From contig JBODTK010000010.1 of NCBI GenBank assembly GCA_050613775.1, positions 1,116,001 through 1,180,000 of the forward strand: a DNA stretch of 64,000 nucleotides, in the 5' to 3' direction. The notes under the pieces were generated by a model, which ran no database searches, had not been told where the DNA came from, and saw only the letters and a list, made by a program, of their open reading frames with translations. The first letter of the stretch is position 1; every line of letters starts with the position of its first letter. The position numbers and the translations under genes were made by a program. This document shows positions 36,117-51,456 of this stretch, piece by piece. Origin of the DNA: Neocallimastix sp. 'constans' (Eukaryota).

Positions 36117-37305
36117 TTATAAAGTGTAATATAAATAATGAAATTATTTGAAAATTAATAAAAATAATTCATATTTATTCATTATGTATTATGTATTATT
36201 TATCTATTAATTATTTATTATTTATTATTTATTATTTATTATTTATTATTTATTATTTATTATTTATTATTTATTATTTATTTATTATTTATTATTTATT
36301 ATTTATTATTTATTATTTATTATTTATTATTTATTATTTATTATTTATTATTTATTATTTATTATTTATTATTTATTATTTATTATTTATTATTTATTAT
36401 TTATTATTTATTATTTATTATTTATTATTTATTATTTATTATTTATTATTTATTATTTATTATTTATTATTTATTATTTATTTATTATTTATTATTTATT
36501 TATTATTTATTATTTATTTATTTATTTATTATTTATTATTTATTTATTTATTATTTATTATTTATATATTTATTATTTATTATTTATTTATTTATTATTT
36601 ATTAATATAATTATTTATTTATATAATTAATTTTCTATTCATTTATATTTAAATTTACTTTTATTTTTTATTTACCTAATTTATTTTTATTATTATTTTT
36701 TTTTTATGATATTAAGTTTTTTTTTTTTTTTTTTTTCGTTTTTTTTGTTTTTTTTTTTGTTTCATATATATATATATAATTTTTTTTTTAAAAAAACTAA
36801 ATATTTTAAATTCTACTTTTTGTATTATATTTATTTTTAAAATTTATTAATATTCTTTTTTTCTGATATTTTATTAATTATTTTTATTTTTTATTTTTAT
36901 TTTTAAAATTTAATTAGATTTAAGATATATTTAAAATTTAGTACATACTCAAATAGACAAATAGATGGGAATCAAAAGTAAATATCTTGTCATAAGATTA
37001 ATTAAAATAATATAATATAAGCTAAAAACATAATAATAATAATAACAATAATAATAATAATAATAATAATAATTATAAAAATAGAAGATAATAATAAATA
37101 ATTTTTAAAAGTTAAGAAAAAAATTTATATATTAAAATAGTATATTCAATTTGTTTAAATAAAATTATAATTCATTTTTTAATTACTTCTGTATTACTAA
37201 AATTTCATAAAAAGTATAATTAACTGTATAAAAGCATATATTTTATTATTTTACCTAGTAATTTTGAATTGTATCCATAAAATACTACGAAATTATTTTG
37301 CTTAG

Positions 37306-37352
<47 letters not shown>

Positions 37353-38025
37353 TAAATTATTAATAATTATTTATAATATTAGTTTTAAATTTTATTATTA
37401 ATTTATTTTTTATATTTTATTTTTTTTTTTTTTAATAATATTAAAATTTATATCTAATTTAATTTATAATAAAAAAATTTTATAAATATATTTTAAACGT
37501 TGGTTGACAAATTCTCAAAATGGATATTTACCTAGCAAATTAATACTAATAAACTTTATGAATTCTCCATTTGGGAAAATATATATATATATTACTTATA
37601 TTATTTAAATTGTTAATTATATATAATTTTTTTTCTTTAAAAAAAAAAAAAAAAAAAAGAGAAAAAAATTTTTTTTTATTTTCTTTTTTCAAAGAAAAGA
37701 ATTTGTTTTTTTTTTTTTTTGTATATAATATTTTTAATTATATAATTTATTGTATATAATAAACATAGATTGTATATATATATATAATTAATTATTTAAT
37801 TCTTTACTTAATCATAATTTGATAAATATATTTATAAATAATATTTATCAAATATGAAATATAAACATCATTAACATCATCTTATATAATAAAGTCTACA
37901 AATTTAATTATTTCATATTTAAAATTTTATTATAATTATATAAAAAGCAATATAAGCTTATTAATAAAATTTTGTTTATAAAGTTCTTGAAATATATATA
38001 ATATTTTGAAAATACTTCAAAAAAA

Positions 38026-41000
38026 ATGAGAATTACAAATTCCATTAAATTGTAAATACAGCTTATTGAATATATTAAATATATTTTAAATAATATTTTT
38101 AAATAAAAAATTGTATAATTAAATATTTTATTTTTCTTTTTTATTATTATATTTTTTAAATAAAAAAATCTTTATTAAATAGTTTTTTTATTGCTGGTAT
38201 TATCCTATTTAATAAAAGAATTTTTGCAAATGATTGCCAAAATGAAAGTGGGATATGTAAAGAATCTGTTAAAAGCAGTGTAATCACTGAAAAAGATACA
38301 ATTTGCTATAATACAGAAGATAAAAAATTATATAAAATAACAAAAACTGATGGTTCTTGTGAACCCTTAAATTATAGTGGTAATATTTTCATAAATGAAA
38401 AAGAAAATTTACTTGCTAGTGGTACTGATAAAATTAGTGCAGGTTACAAATGTAATGCAGGCGATTGTTCAAAAATTGAAGAGGATGGATTATATGACAA
38501 TTTAACCTTACCTAATTGGTATATTTATTACAGTAAAACTAAGCCCGAAGAGTTAAAGTTATATGAAGCTATTAAATATGCAGTTTATCACCATAATGAA
38601 GCAGATATCGTTATATGTAGAAATAATAAAAGTTGCAAATTAATCAATGCCGACAATAAAACTTATTATATAAATTATGGTGATAATTTGCTAATTTCTT
38701 GTTTACAAAAAGAGGGAACAACTTTAGTAAATTGTAGTAAATCAAATGAATCAAATAATAAAAAAGGATACTATATAAATTCAGGGCCGGATCAATCGAC
38801 TAATCCACTTATTTATTGTGAACCAAAGCAATGTATTTCCACCTCAAAAGAAGAAGTATATTTAATAAATTCTGGTTCGGATTCAAAACTTAACGATTCA
38901 TTGATTTATTGCTCAAAGGACAGTTGTTCTATAGCTAAAGCTTCAAATAATCAATTCTATCTTGGTTTTATTGATAATTATCCCGGATTAATCTCATGTA
39001 AAGATGATAAATGTGTGAAACATGAAAGTTTATCAGATAAAGGATATTACATGAATTCTGGTGTAAATAGAAATACTTATCCTCTTATTTATTGTAGTAA
39101 ATCAACAAGTTGCGAATATGTTTCAATCACCGAACCAGGTTACTATATTAATGCAAGTGAACTAGATAAAGTCTTTTATTGTTCAAATAATAGTTGCCAG
39201 CTAGAAGAACCTGGTCAAATCCCAGATGAAGCCTCACATCAAATCATACCAGGAGAATGTTATGTTGAAAAAAATGATCTTATTATGATAGGTAATAAAA
39301 ATGAAAATGGTGAATATGATGAGATTTCTACAAATGAAACAAATGGTGATGAGAATCTCTTTTATTTTGTAAACGTTGAATTAAGATCTGGATTTCCTGG
39401 AATTAAAAGTAATACTAAAACGCTTTTCCGAATTACTCATAAATCTATTACAAGAGTTTCAATAGATGGTACCCTTTTAATAGATAATGATACTCATAAA
39501 ATTAAGATGAATCCAACTAACCTTACAAGTAAAGATTCTCTTTATCAATGTAAAAAAAATAAGATGATATGCAATAAAATTAATTCTTGTAGTAAAAAGT
39601 CCTACTTTTTAGATATTGAAAATAAAATTGGTTTTGCTTGCAATAATAATAAATTAGAATTATTATCTCCTGGATATTATATAGATAGCGGAAGATCCGT
39701 AGGTGGCTCGAGAAATAATTATTTAATTTATTGTCAATCAGAAAACGAATGTATTTCCATAGCCAACCCCGCTAATTACTATATAAATGGAGGTCGAACT
39801 CCTGAACTCTCAAATAATAAAGAGGTGAGTACCGACACCTTAATCTATTGTAAAAGCAATATTTGCACTACAACTTCAGGTACTGCAGGTGGTCATTATA
39901 TTGCTGGAGGAAATGATGATGATGATACTCTATTAAATAATGGTTACATTTACTGTACTTCATCTTCTCACTGTGAAAATAGGAAATCCAACGGTGAAAG
40001 TTACTTCCTAAATTCAGGTGAAAATAAAACTAGAAATGGTGTGATTAAATGTAGTTCAGGAAGATGTGAATCCATTGACGCGAGTTATGGATATTTCATT
40101 TCTGAAAATCCGGAAGAACTTATCTACTGTGAAAATGGAGGCAACTGTTCCATCATAAAACCAGCCACTGGATTCTATAATATAGCGTATGATGGAAGTG
40201 TTGACAGCAATAGAAAAATAATCGAGTGTACCTCGAAAATTAAGTTAACTTGTGAAAAAATGAATGCAGCCAAGGGATTTTATATTTCTAATACTAGTAA
40301 CATTCTTATTGATTGTACAGGCAGTGTATGTAAACCATTTTATGCTAAAAATGGTATTTTCCGTTCAGCAACGACAACCACAATGGCAGTTAACCACAGT
40401 AACAATAAAAGAGATACTCAAATTGTTTATAATATTATTTCTTGTTCAGACACAGGTTGTGTCCAATTAAGTGCATCAGAATTAGCTGCTATTCCTATTT
40501 GTACTTTTCAAAATAACAAGTGTTTTATAAACGATAAATTAACGTCGAATTCCGATAATTCAATTGCTTCTGGCGATTACTGTACTAATTCAGATCATTC
40601 GATCATCTATTTTGCCACCGATACGATTGTAGTTGATCCTGAAATTATTGATGGTACAACTTCTATTTATGTTACTACGACCACAACTTCAAATTGTATT
40701 GAAGTTTCTGATGAATATTCTTCATATTTCTACGCCGTCAACGGTAGTATATATCGTGTTGGAGATAGTAGAATCGTTCAAGAAACCCGCTCAGGTTACT
40801 ACTTCATTAATGTCATCACAAATACTTTAGCAAATGGTATTAATATTGAGGATTATAATAATCCTAACGTCAAACTTTTTAAATGTAATGATAATAATTG
40901 TTATATGGTGGATAACCCAACTACCCTTACGTACTATGCCGATGTCAATAAAAGAATCATTGCATTCAACCCAAATAGTGAATCTTACTTCTTCCCATAC

Positions 41001-42200
41001 GAAGAAGATATTAAATGTATCTATAATAATAATAAATGTACTCCAAATACGGATTTGAATGGCAGAGAATTTTGTATTACTTATAAGGGAGAATTAGTAT
41101 TAGCATCTACCGATATTAAGTCAAGGGAAAGTGGGGACTGCTATAAAAGTAATAATATTATCTCTTATATCTTTGGCTCCTCTCAGTACTTATATGAAAT
41201 GAATTCTAATTCTGCCCAAACAGTAGAAACTACAGGTTATTATGTTGTCAGTTTAGCAACGAATAGTACAGCTTCCTTCAAAGATTATAACAGCGGTGTT
41301 AATATTATCAAAATTTATGGATGTGTTCTTTCATCATGTAAAGAGTATCAACCAAAAGAAGGAATCTATTATTACGATTATCTCAGTAGATCGATGTATA
41401 AATATGAAGATGGATTTTGGTCGACTCCGTCCATTTCTGGATATGCCATGGCAAGCATTTATCCTAATGAATCATATATTTACAAATTCAGTACAAGTAT
41501 GAATAGAGTAACCTTAGAAGGAAAGGCTATCAGTGGATACTACTATACAGTGGATGATGAAATGTATGATTGCGATGAAAACAAGGGATGTGTAAAAATT
41601 TCTAATAATGGATATTATTTCACCAATAATGGAGAAATGTTTTACTGTCTATACGATTCTGAAGGTATTGAAAAAACAGTTTGCGTAAAACAAAACTGCA
41701 ATATTGGTGAATACTACTTTATTGATGGAATTTATTACAGATGTGAATCCGGATCCATCTACAACTATATTTCTGCCAAATATTGTAACTACAATGAAAG
41801 AGTGGTTGTTAATTTCCCAACAGCCATTAATTCAAACTATCCTCCTGAAATACATGAGGCAATTTCCAATATTTCTGAAAAAAATAATTCCACAGCCATC
41901 ATTAACAATACAATTAATAATTATTTAACAGTTATTCCTGGTATTTTTACCAATTGTACATATAATTACGAAAAGAAATCTACCAAATTTGATTTATTGT
42001 GTATTAATAATTTTGTAGCCCTTGATGAAGAAAAGGTTGCCCAAATCTGTTCTGTGGAGCAATTGGGTTACGTTGAATGTATAGAGGATGAATCCAATAA
42101 AAAGAAGTGTAATCCAAGTTCCGCATTCGCAAAATATTCAATGAATTTAGGTCTTATTCTTTTCATTAGTATTATTTATTTCATTTTTAATAATTATTAA
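38026..42200 (+). CDS. Scaffoldin-like Cys-rich surface protein (anaerobic-fungal cellulosome scaffoldin family), 2 exons, ~1347 aa
   Basis: Exon 1 38026-38051, GT-AG intron 38052-38182, exon 2 38183-42200 open throughout; leader MRITNSIKFFFIAGIILFNKRIFA; repeated GYY(I/F)N..., LI(Y/S)C...C units; hydrophobic C-terminal anchor. Confidence 0.8.
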
Positions 42201-43160
42201 ATATAAAACTACAAAAAAGGAATTGTCTACTGAATGTAAATAAAAAAAAAAAATTTCAAAACTTCAAAAAAAAAAAAAAAAAAAAATCAAATTAAAATAT
42301 ATATCAACCAAGTTTATTAAAGACGCAATTCATATTTGAAAATTTATATATAATAGCATAATAATGCAGAAGTTCAAATATTCAATTCATTAAATATATA
42401 TATATATTTAAATAAATAAAAATTTTAGATGTAAATAATTTAAAAAAAAAAAAATTCTTTGATGTATACACTTCAATGCATAATAATACAAATTTTTTTT
42501 CATATTATCATTTATTCAAATAATATTTTTTGATTAATTATATAATAATATTTTATATAATTATATATATATATATATTTATATTTATATTTATATTTTT
42601 ATCCATATTTTTTTTATCATTGTAATGTAATATTACATAAATATAAAATATCACAATATATTATTTAAATGTTTTAAAGAAAAATATTTTATTATTCATA
42701 TTGATATAATAAATTATTTTTTTTTCCAAAATTTAAATGATCTTAAAAACTTTAATATAATTTTTCTTTTATTTATATTCTTAAAATATAAAAAAACAAA
42801 ATTCATTTTAAATAAATATCAATTTTCATTTATTCAAATTATTAAATAATCATGAATAATTAATGTCATGAATAATTAATGTTTTAATAGCTAATTTTTT
42901 TAACTAATTTATTTTGAAATTTGTTGTTTGTGTTGTTTTATCAATCTTTTTTTTTTTTAATGTAAATAAAAAAAAAATTGTATTATTGATTGATACAAAA
43001 CATATCTTTTTTTTTTTTTTTTTTTTTTTTAATTTAATATAAAATCTAAATTATTATTATACTTCAATCTTTTTTGATTCATTACTTGATCCTCTCTACT
43101 TATATTTGCTCTATACCTTTTATATAGAAATTCGAAATAAGAAATACTATTGAACCATAA

Positions 43161-43357
43161 GGATTGCTATTTCGACGGTAAAAAATAAAAATATAAGCGT
43201 AAACTAACCAGGAGCGTCATCGCTGGCCAGCGGGGTCAATTCCTCTGAAGGAGAAAATTATAATTTCTTTCAGATAGTCACTATATTAATTACATGAATA
43301 AATAAATATAGTTTAAAGTTCGTAATAATTGCTTCTGTAAAAAAAAAAAAAAAAAAA
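43161..43357 (+). mobile_element. Short poly(A) retroposon (SINE or heavily truncated LINE 3' end)
   Basis: 12-bp TSD ATTGAACCATAA at 43149-43160 and 43358-43369; poly(A) from ~43339; GC-richer body. Confidence 0.8.
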
Positions 43358-44673
43358 ATTGAACCATAAACTTTATATATTTCTGATGATATATTCAGAA
43401 AGCTTCATTCATATATTTAAGTAAAAATACAAACAATATAAAAAATAAGTATAAATATACAATATTTATACTTATTTAATAAATTATTTTTCAAAGAATA
43501 TACATATATCTTTTTATACATATATCTTTTAAGTGTTATTATCAAATATTTACTTTACAATTATCAAAATGTGCATATTATTATAATAACATATTCATTT
43601 ATAATATTATTTTATTTAATATTTAAAATAATTTACAACAAAACTAATGATTATTCCATAAATTTATTCCTTTTTCAAATATATAATTTTGAATTTTAAA
43701 TATTATTCTTTTTGATTAATTATTATAATTCATTATTGGTTCAATGTTTATTATTCAATTATATATTATTTATTATTTATTATTTATTATTTATTATTTA
43801 TTAATTATTTATTATTTATTATTTATTATTTATTATTTATTATTTATTATTTATTATTTATTATTTATTATTTATTATTTATTATTTATTATTTATTATT
43901 TATTATTCATTATTCATTATTTATTATTTATTATTTATTATTTATTACTTATTATTTATTATTTATTACTTATTATTTATTATTTATTATTTATTATTTA
44001 TTATTTATTATTTATTATTTATTATTTATTATTTATTATTTATTATTTATTATTTATTATTTATTATTTATTATTTATTATTTATTATTTATTATTTATT
44101 ATTTATTATTTATTATTTATTATTTATTATTTATTATTTATTATTTATTATTTATTATTTATTATTTATTATTCATTATTCATTATTTATTATTTATTAT
44201 TTATTATTTATTACTTATTATTTATTATTTATTATTTATTATTTATTATTTATTATTTATTATTTATTATTCATTATTTATTATTTATTATTTACTATAT
44301 ATTATTTATTATTTATTATATATTATTTATTATTTATTATTTATTATTTATTATTTGTATTATTATATATAAATATTTTACATATAAATTTATTTGATTC
44401 ATGTAATAAAATAAAATAAAATAAAATAATTAATAATGATTAAAGTTTGTTTATTTGTAATTTGTTTTGATATAATTATTTAATCTATTTTTAATTAATT
44501 TTGTAAAAATTTTTTTATAATTTTTTCTATTTTTTTTTAAAAAAAATTCCAAAATTTTTAAAAATAAATCATCAAAACTAGTAAAATGTATGTAGATTAT
44601 ATTAATACATTTATATTATCATTATTACTATTGCTGTTATTATTAAATCTTAATTAAAATTGATATAATAAAA

Positions 44674-44708
<35 letters not shown>

Positions 44709-44712
<4 letters not shown>

Positions 44713-47435
44713 ATTCATTTGAAAAAGAAAGAAAGCATATAGTAGACTTAATTAATCAATATAATAAAAACAAGTATAATGTATTAATGGAATTAGAAAA
44801 TTATATTAAAGAAAACAATATAGATCTGAAAAATATAAATAATGAAAATTTTGATTTATTAAATTTTACAATTAATTCAATTAGTAATAATAATAAAAAG
44901 GAAGGAATATATTATGACAGCTATGATAATGTTAAATTAATTAATTTTATTATTAAACATTGTCCATATGAAAATTTAAATTATATATATCCAAGAAGTA
45001 TAATTCAAGAACCACCCCTTTTTACTGCAATTTCAAAATACAAATTTAAAATAGCAGACTATTTAATTAAGCAAGGAGCCAACATAAATTATAAAATTAA
45101 TAGTAACAATATTAATAATAATATGAATATTATTAATAGTTTAAATAAACAATGTGATGATAAAATACTAAAATATATATTAAATAGAAATTTTGATATT
45201 TCAAATATAACTTTAGATTTATTAAATAAACTAATAAATAAAAAGGAAAATTTATTAAACATTATCTTTAAGCATTACATTTTTGATAATGATTTTATCT
45301 TACGTTTTACTTCTTTTTATAAAAATAAAATTCCATTATCTAATGAAAAGCTTAAGGAATTAATAGATGAGGAAAAAAATAAGATTTATATGGATGATTG
45401 TTTATATGATACTTCTATTAAATGGGGACGTTGTAATGTTACTAAAACTCTTCTTGATTATGATAGTCGTGATGAAAAAGTAATTTTAGAAATTATTTAT
45501 AAATATAAATTATTAGAAAAAGCTGTTATTTTCAGTAATTATGAACTTATGGAAAAAATATTAAGCTATAAAAATTTAAATCTTGAAAAATTTGATTTTG
45601 AAAAAATATATACAGATTTAAGTTGTCAAAAGAAAGATGATAGTAGGCAACTGGAATTACTTACTGAATTGTTAATAAAACGTTCGTATGATTTAAGTTC
45701 TATTAATTTTGAAAAAGTATTGATTCATACAAGAATATATGGAAACGTATCCATTTTAAAATATATAATCAAAAATATAATATTAAAAGTCCCTAGTATA
45801 AATGATAATCATATTGATGTAACAAATATTAAAAATTGTAATAGTACCTTTCTAATTCTAATATTAAATGTAGCTATTCAGATAGCTGATATAAATTTAG
45901 TTAAATGTATAATGGAGAATGAAGAATTAAAATCAAAATTTGATATTAACAATAGAGATAATGATGGGAATGAAGCTATTATGGTAGCTCTCTATTCCCC
46001 CGTTAGTAACTATTTTAATGGGAAGCGTCAAATAAAATGTGATGAAATATTTAAATATTTACTTGAAAATGGTGTTAATTGTAATAAAAAAGATAAATAT
46101 AATAACTTTTTATTAACGGATGTAATATATTCTGGAAATTATATGATGATAAAATATTTTTTAAAACAAAATTTAATAATTGAAAAAAGTAGTATTGATA
46201 ATAACTATTCACCCCTGTTAAGAGAAAGTATTTATCAAAATAGAGTGGTAGATTTCGAATCATTAATGCAACATAATGAATTTAATAAAATCGACAATTC
46301 TATATCTATACAAAAAAATGTCTTTACACCCTTAGTATTTGCATATCTATCAAATTATACCGATATTTTTAAAATACTACTTGAGAAAACAGATATTAAT
46401 GAAAAAGATGGTTTTAAAAATACACTTTTATTTTATGCCATTCTCAAAGAAGACATCCCCACAATTGAGTATTTAATTAAAAATAATGTTGATATTAATT
46501 TTGAAGATAAGTTTTCTAATTCTGCCCTTGATATTTCTTTAAAAATTAATAATATAAAAATATTTAATATGATATTAAATCATAGAAACTTAAAATTGTA
46601 TACAATTAATAGTCAACTTGAAACCCCCTTTTCAGTTATCATTAAAAGTAGGTACTATAATATTGAAAAAAAATTATCAATGATAAAAAGTCTTATTGAT
46701 AAAGGTTTTGACCTTAATAAACCTGATGGATATAGAAAGTCAGCATTAGCTTATTCTATTGAAGAAAATTTACTTCCTATAATTAAATTACTAATTGAAA
46801 ATAGAGCCAATGTTAATTTTGTAGGTGGAAATGGAAATTCACCTTTAGGTTATGCAATTCAAAAGAAATCATTACCAATCGTCAAACTTTTAGTAAATAA
46901 TGGAGCAAAAATTAATTGCTTAATTAATGACACTAATACGAGTATGCGTTATGAAGACAATATGAAATTATTATTATATGCCATTAAAATGGATGATTTA
47001 GAAATTATAAAATTTTTGATAGAACATTCTTCTAATACAGATTTTGAAGATGTAAATTTTTGTTTTTCATTAATGGATTCTATAAATAAAAATATAATTT
47101 TTGAATTATTTGACTATTTTAAAATTTGTAACATAGCCATTTTTAAAAGTGATTTATTAAAATTATTAATACAAAAATGTAAATTAAATTTATTAAAAAT
47201 TATTATCCCTAAATATGTCGATAGTAATCTAAAAGATGAAGATGGAAATACTCTTTTAGCTAATTCAGTTATTGCCAGTAATTTTCAATTAGTGAATTAT
47301 TTAGTAAGATGCGGTGCTAACCTTCATAGTCGTAATCATAAAAATGAAACAATTAATGATATTAATAAAAATTATAATTTTAAATATAATACAGAAATAT
47401 ATGAGAAGATTAAAAAAATAATTGAAAAAAATTAA
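44709..47435 (+). CDS. Ankyrin-repeat protein (908 aa, single exon)
   Basis: PPLFTAI...IADYLIKQGANIN, NTLLFYAI...LIKNNVDIN, GNSPLGYAI...LLVNNGAKIN, GNTLLA...LVRCGANL. Confidence 0.9.
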
Positions 47436-49552
47436 TTTTATCATTATACATAAATATATGTATAAGTATTTAAAAATACATTTAAAGTATTAAATGAACA
47501 AACTATCCAAATAATACAGTAGTCAGTAATCTTATTTTAATTAATATAAATTGTGACTATCATTCATATATCATTAAAAATTATAATTATTATTTACATT
47601 TGTTTAATTATTTCAAAATATTAATTTAATTTTAAACAGTTATTATTAATTTTTTATCTTTTTTTTTTTGTTTTTTTTTTTATTTATTTATTTAAATTTA
47701 TTTCTTTTTTTATTATATATTTTTATATTATTTATTTTTATATTATATCCAATAAAATTTTTAATAAATATTGTTTATAAAAAAAATTACGTTTTACATA
47801 AATATCATATGACTTATCATAATATTAATAAATATTCATTTTAGAAAAATCAATTAATAAATATTCTGGATATTAGAGTTTTCTAGATTAATACGAAGAG
47901 TTTCATTTAAATTTTAAATTTTTTTCTTTTCTTTCTTTCTTTTCTTCCATTCTTTCTTTTTATATATATATATTTTTTTTTCTTATAGTATATTCAGTAA
48001 ATCCACCGTCTATGTTATTTTTTAGTTTTATATAATTTTTTTTTTTTTTTAAAAGTTATAAACTATCTCATCTCTTATGAAATGATTGTTTATATCAATA
48101 TATCTTAAATTAGGAATTATTGTTTCATTTTCTCTGTATTTAGATTGAAACTTTATTGTCCACATTTATTGTTATATAACTGCATTTTAAATTTAATTCA
48201 TTAAATATATTTCTATGTCATAGTATTGGCTTTGAACAGTAGAAATTAATACAAAATGTTGAGGCTTCAAATACCTTTTTTTTAATATATATTTTTACAT
48301 AATACCTTTTTTTTTTTTTTTTTTTTTTTTTGTTCTTTATGAAACTTCATTAATTTGAAGTAGTATATCTTTTTGAATATACATACTTTGAAAAAAAGCA
48401 AAAAATTGAAATATATCTAAGTTAATTTATAGATTAGTAGCTTCGAAAAGATTTTTTTTTAATAAATATTTTTCTTAAAATATTCTTTTAATTTTTGTTT
48501 TCCCTGTTTTGTTTTGTGTTGTGTTTGTAGTATTGGTATTTTCATTATTTCCTTCCTATTATTGATATTTTATGTTAGTAAGTACAAAAATAGCTAAAAC
48601 AAAATAAAATTGTTAATATATTTAGAAAGAAAAAATGTCTAAAAATATAAACAATTTCACAAAAAAATTTATGTAATAAAAATTTCATATTACCTTCGTT
48701 ATTATCATTAGTTCCTTGTTAGATAAAAAATAAATTTTAATTATATGTATATAATAGTAATCTTGAATAAGTCATTATTATATATATGTAATTTTCCTTA
48801 TTTTTTTTTTGTTATAGATTATTGTGAAAATAAATAGTAATTATTGGAATAAAAAGAATATTAATTATTAATTATTAATTATTGATTATTTATTTATTTA
48901 TTATTTATTATCTATTATTTATTATTTATTATTTATTATTTATTATTTATTATTTATTATTTATTATTTAATTATTTATTATTTAATTATTTATTATTTA
49001 TTATTTATTATTTAATTATTTATTATTTAATTATTTATTATTTATTATTTATTATTTATTATTTATTATTTATTATTTATCATTTATTATTTATTATTTA
49101 TTATTTATTATTTATTATTTATTATTTATTATTTATTATTTATTATTTATTATTTATTATTTATTATTTATTATTTATTATTTATTATTTATTATTTAAT
49201 TATTTATTATTTATTATTTATTACTAATTATTAATTATTTATTATTTATTATTTATTATTTATTATTTATTATTTATTATTTATTATTTATTATTTATTA
49301 TTTATAATTTATTATTTATTATTTATTATTTATTATTTATAATTTATTATTTATTATTTATTATTTATTATTTATTATTTATTTATTTATTTATTTATTT
49401 ATTATTTATTATTTATTATTTAATTATATTTATTATTTATTTATTATTTATTATTTATTTATTATTTATTATTTATTTATTATTTATTATTAATTATTTA
49501 TTATTTATTATTTATTATTTATTATTTATTATTAATTAATTAATTAATTAAT

Positions 49553-49611
<59 letters not shown>

Positions 49612-51422
49612 TTACCATTAATACTTTATTATTTTATATCATTTAATCATCCATTATTCCTATAGTAGTAAATCAAATTTTGAGTATTAATAATAATATA
49701 ATTAATTAATATATTTTAAGTCATTCTAAAAATAAAATACTAAATAATAAATAAATTTAATATATGTGGTTATATACTAAATATACATTAGCATATATAT
49801 TATTGTACATTATTAATATATATTAATTATTGTTCCCATTGTTGGCTTTTATTTTTTTTTTTTTTACAATTTTTAAAGAAAAGCTTTTTATGTACTTTAA
49901 AATTAATTATCGTTAAATTAGCAAATATACATTAGATGTAATATATTGTTAATATATTAATTATTATAAAGTATTTTCTATTAGTTTTAATTGAATTAAT
50001 ATAAAACAATATTAAAATAAAATAGTAATTAATATATTTCAGAAATAAGTCACCAATTTTCATGTTATTTCATTTTATTTCATTTTGAAATTAAAAAATT
50101 TAGTTTAAAAAAGGAAATACTTTAATTTTTTTTTTTTTTTTAATGCTATCTTTTTATTTATTATATTGTTTGTTATTTATTTTAATTGACTGCAATATAT
50201 AATAATTTAAAATGCTGATTATAAATAATATTTAAAATCTTATTTTTTTTATAATTTTCCTAATTATTTTTAGTTGTTGAAGTTCATTAATTAATAATGA
50301 TAGATTTATTTTCATTTGCTTCATTATTATTATTATAAATACAATCTTTTTATTATTATTATCATAAATATAATCTTATTATTATTATAAATACAATCGT
50401 TTATTATTATTAAAAATACAATCTTTTATTATTATTATTTCTTTTTGCTCTTAGCGTTATTATTATTTATTATATAGTATTGTTATAATTATTCACAATT
50501 AAAGTATTAAATAAACTATTAATGAAAAAGAAATAAACATAGTAGAGTCAAAAATATCATTATAATTTTATCTATTTCTATTATTCATATAAAAGAAAGA
50601 ATATTTAAATTTTACAAACAAATGTTAAAGTTAGTTATATATATATATAGAGAGAGAGAAATCAAATTATATCTCTATTTCAACTTCATTCTAATTATGT
50701 TTTCCTACTTAAGAATATTATAATAAATTGGAAGTATAATAATTATAATAATATCACTCTATTTACTTTGTTAAAAGAATTTCAATCTAACCCTTTATTG
50801 TTAACCGCATTTTTTTTTTTAAAAAAAAAAAAAGTTTTATAATTAAAATAATGACCGCAACAAACATTTATTTTAAAACTTTCCTTTTATATTATAATTA
50901 TGTTTTAAAAATTTTAAATTATAATGAGTTTACTTATAATTATTCATTCAAAGTTACTATTCATTTAAATAGGTTGAGTCTTCATGTAACTTGATTCATT
51001 ATACTTTTATTATTATAAATAATAAATATAAAAAATAAAACGACTAAAAGTAAAACAACTTTAGTTAAAAGTATGGAGTAATATACCCTAATTAGTACAA
51101 TTTAATACCCTTATATACATATTAATATTCATAATAAGAATTGAATTTATTTTTATTATATAAAGTTTTTAAAAGTGATTCATTCCTATTATTATGAATA
51201 TATGGATATTTAAATATATAAATTTTATATCATATATTATATATATAGTTTTTTATTTTTTTATAAAATTTATCTTTTAATAATAAAATTCAAATCATTT
51301 ATTTAAAGTTTATTTATATTTGATAATGCTATACATTTAAATTTCTAAATTATATATTTCATTCTTAATACACTTTAATATTCAAATTTTGATAAATTAC
51401 CATGCTTTCTTTGTTTTAAACT

Positions 51423-51456
<34 letters not shown>

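Noticed and set aside
38160..38162. Non-AUG (ATA) start or lost start codon for the scaffoldin-like gene
   Set aside because: An upstream ATG exon with a phase-compatible GT-AG intron explains it more simply
43161..43340. HDV-like or hammerhead ribozyme in the short retroposon
   Set aside because: Could not build the required core or pseudoknot by eye; an Infernal scan would be needed
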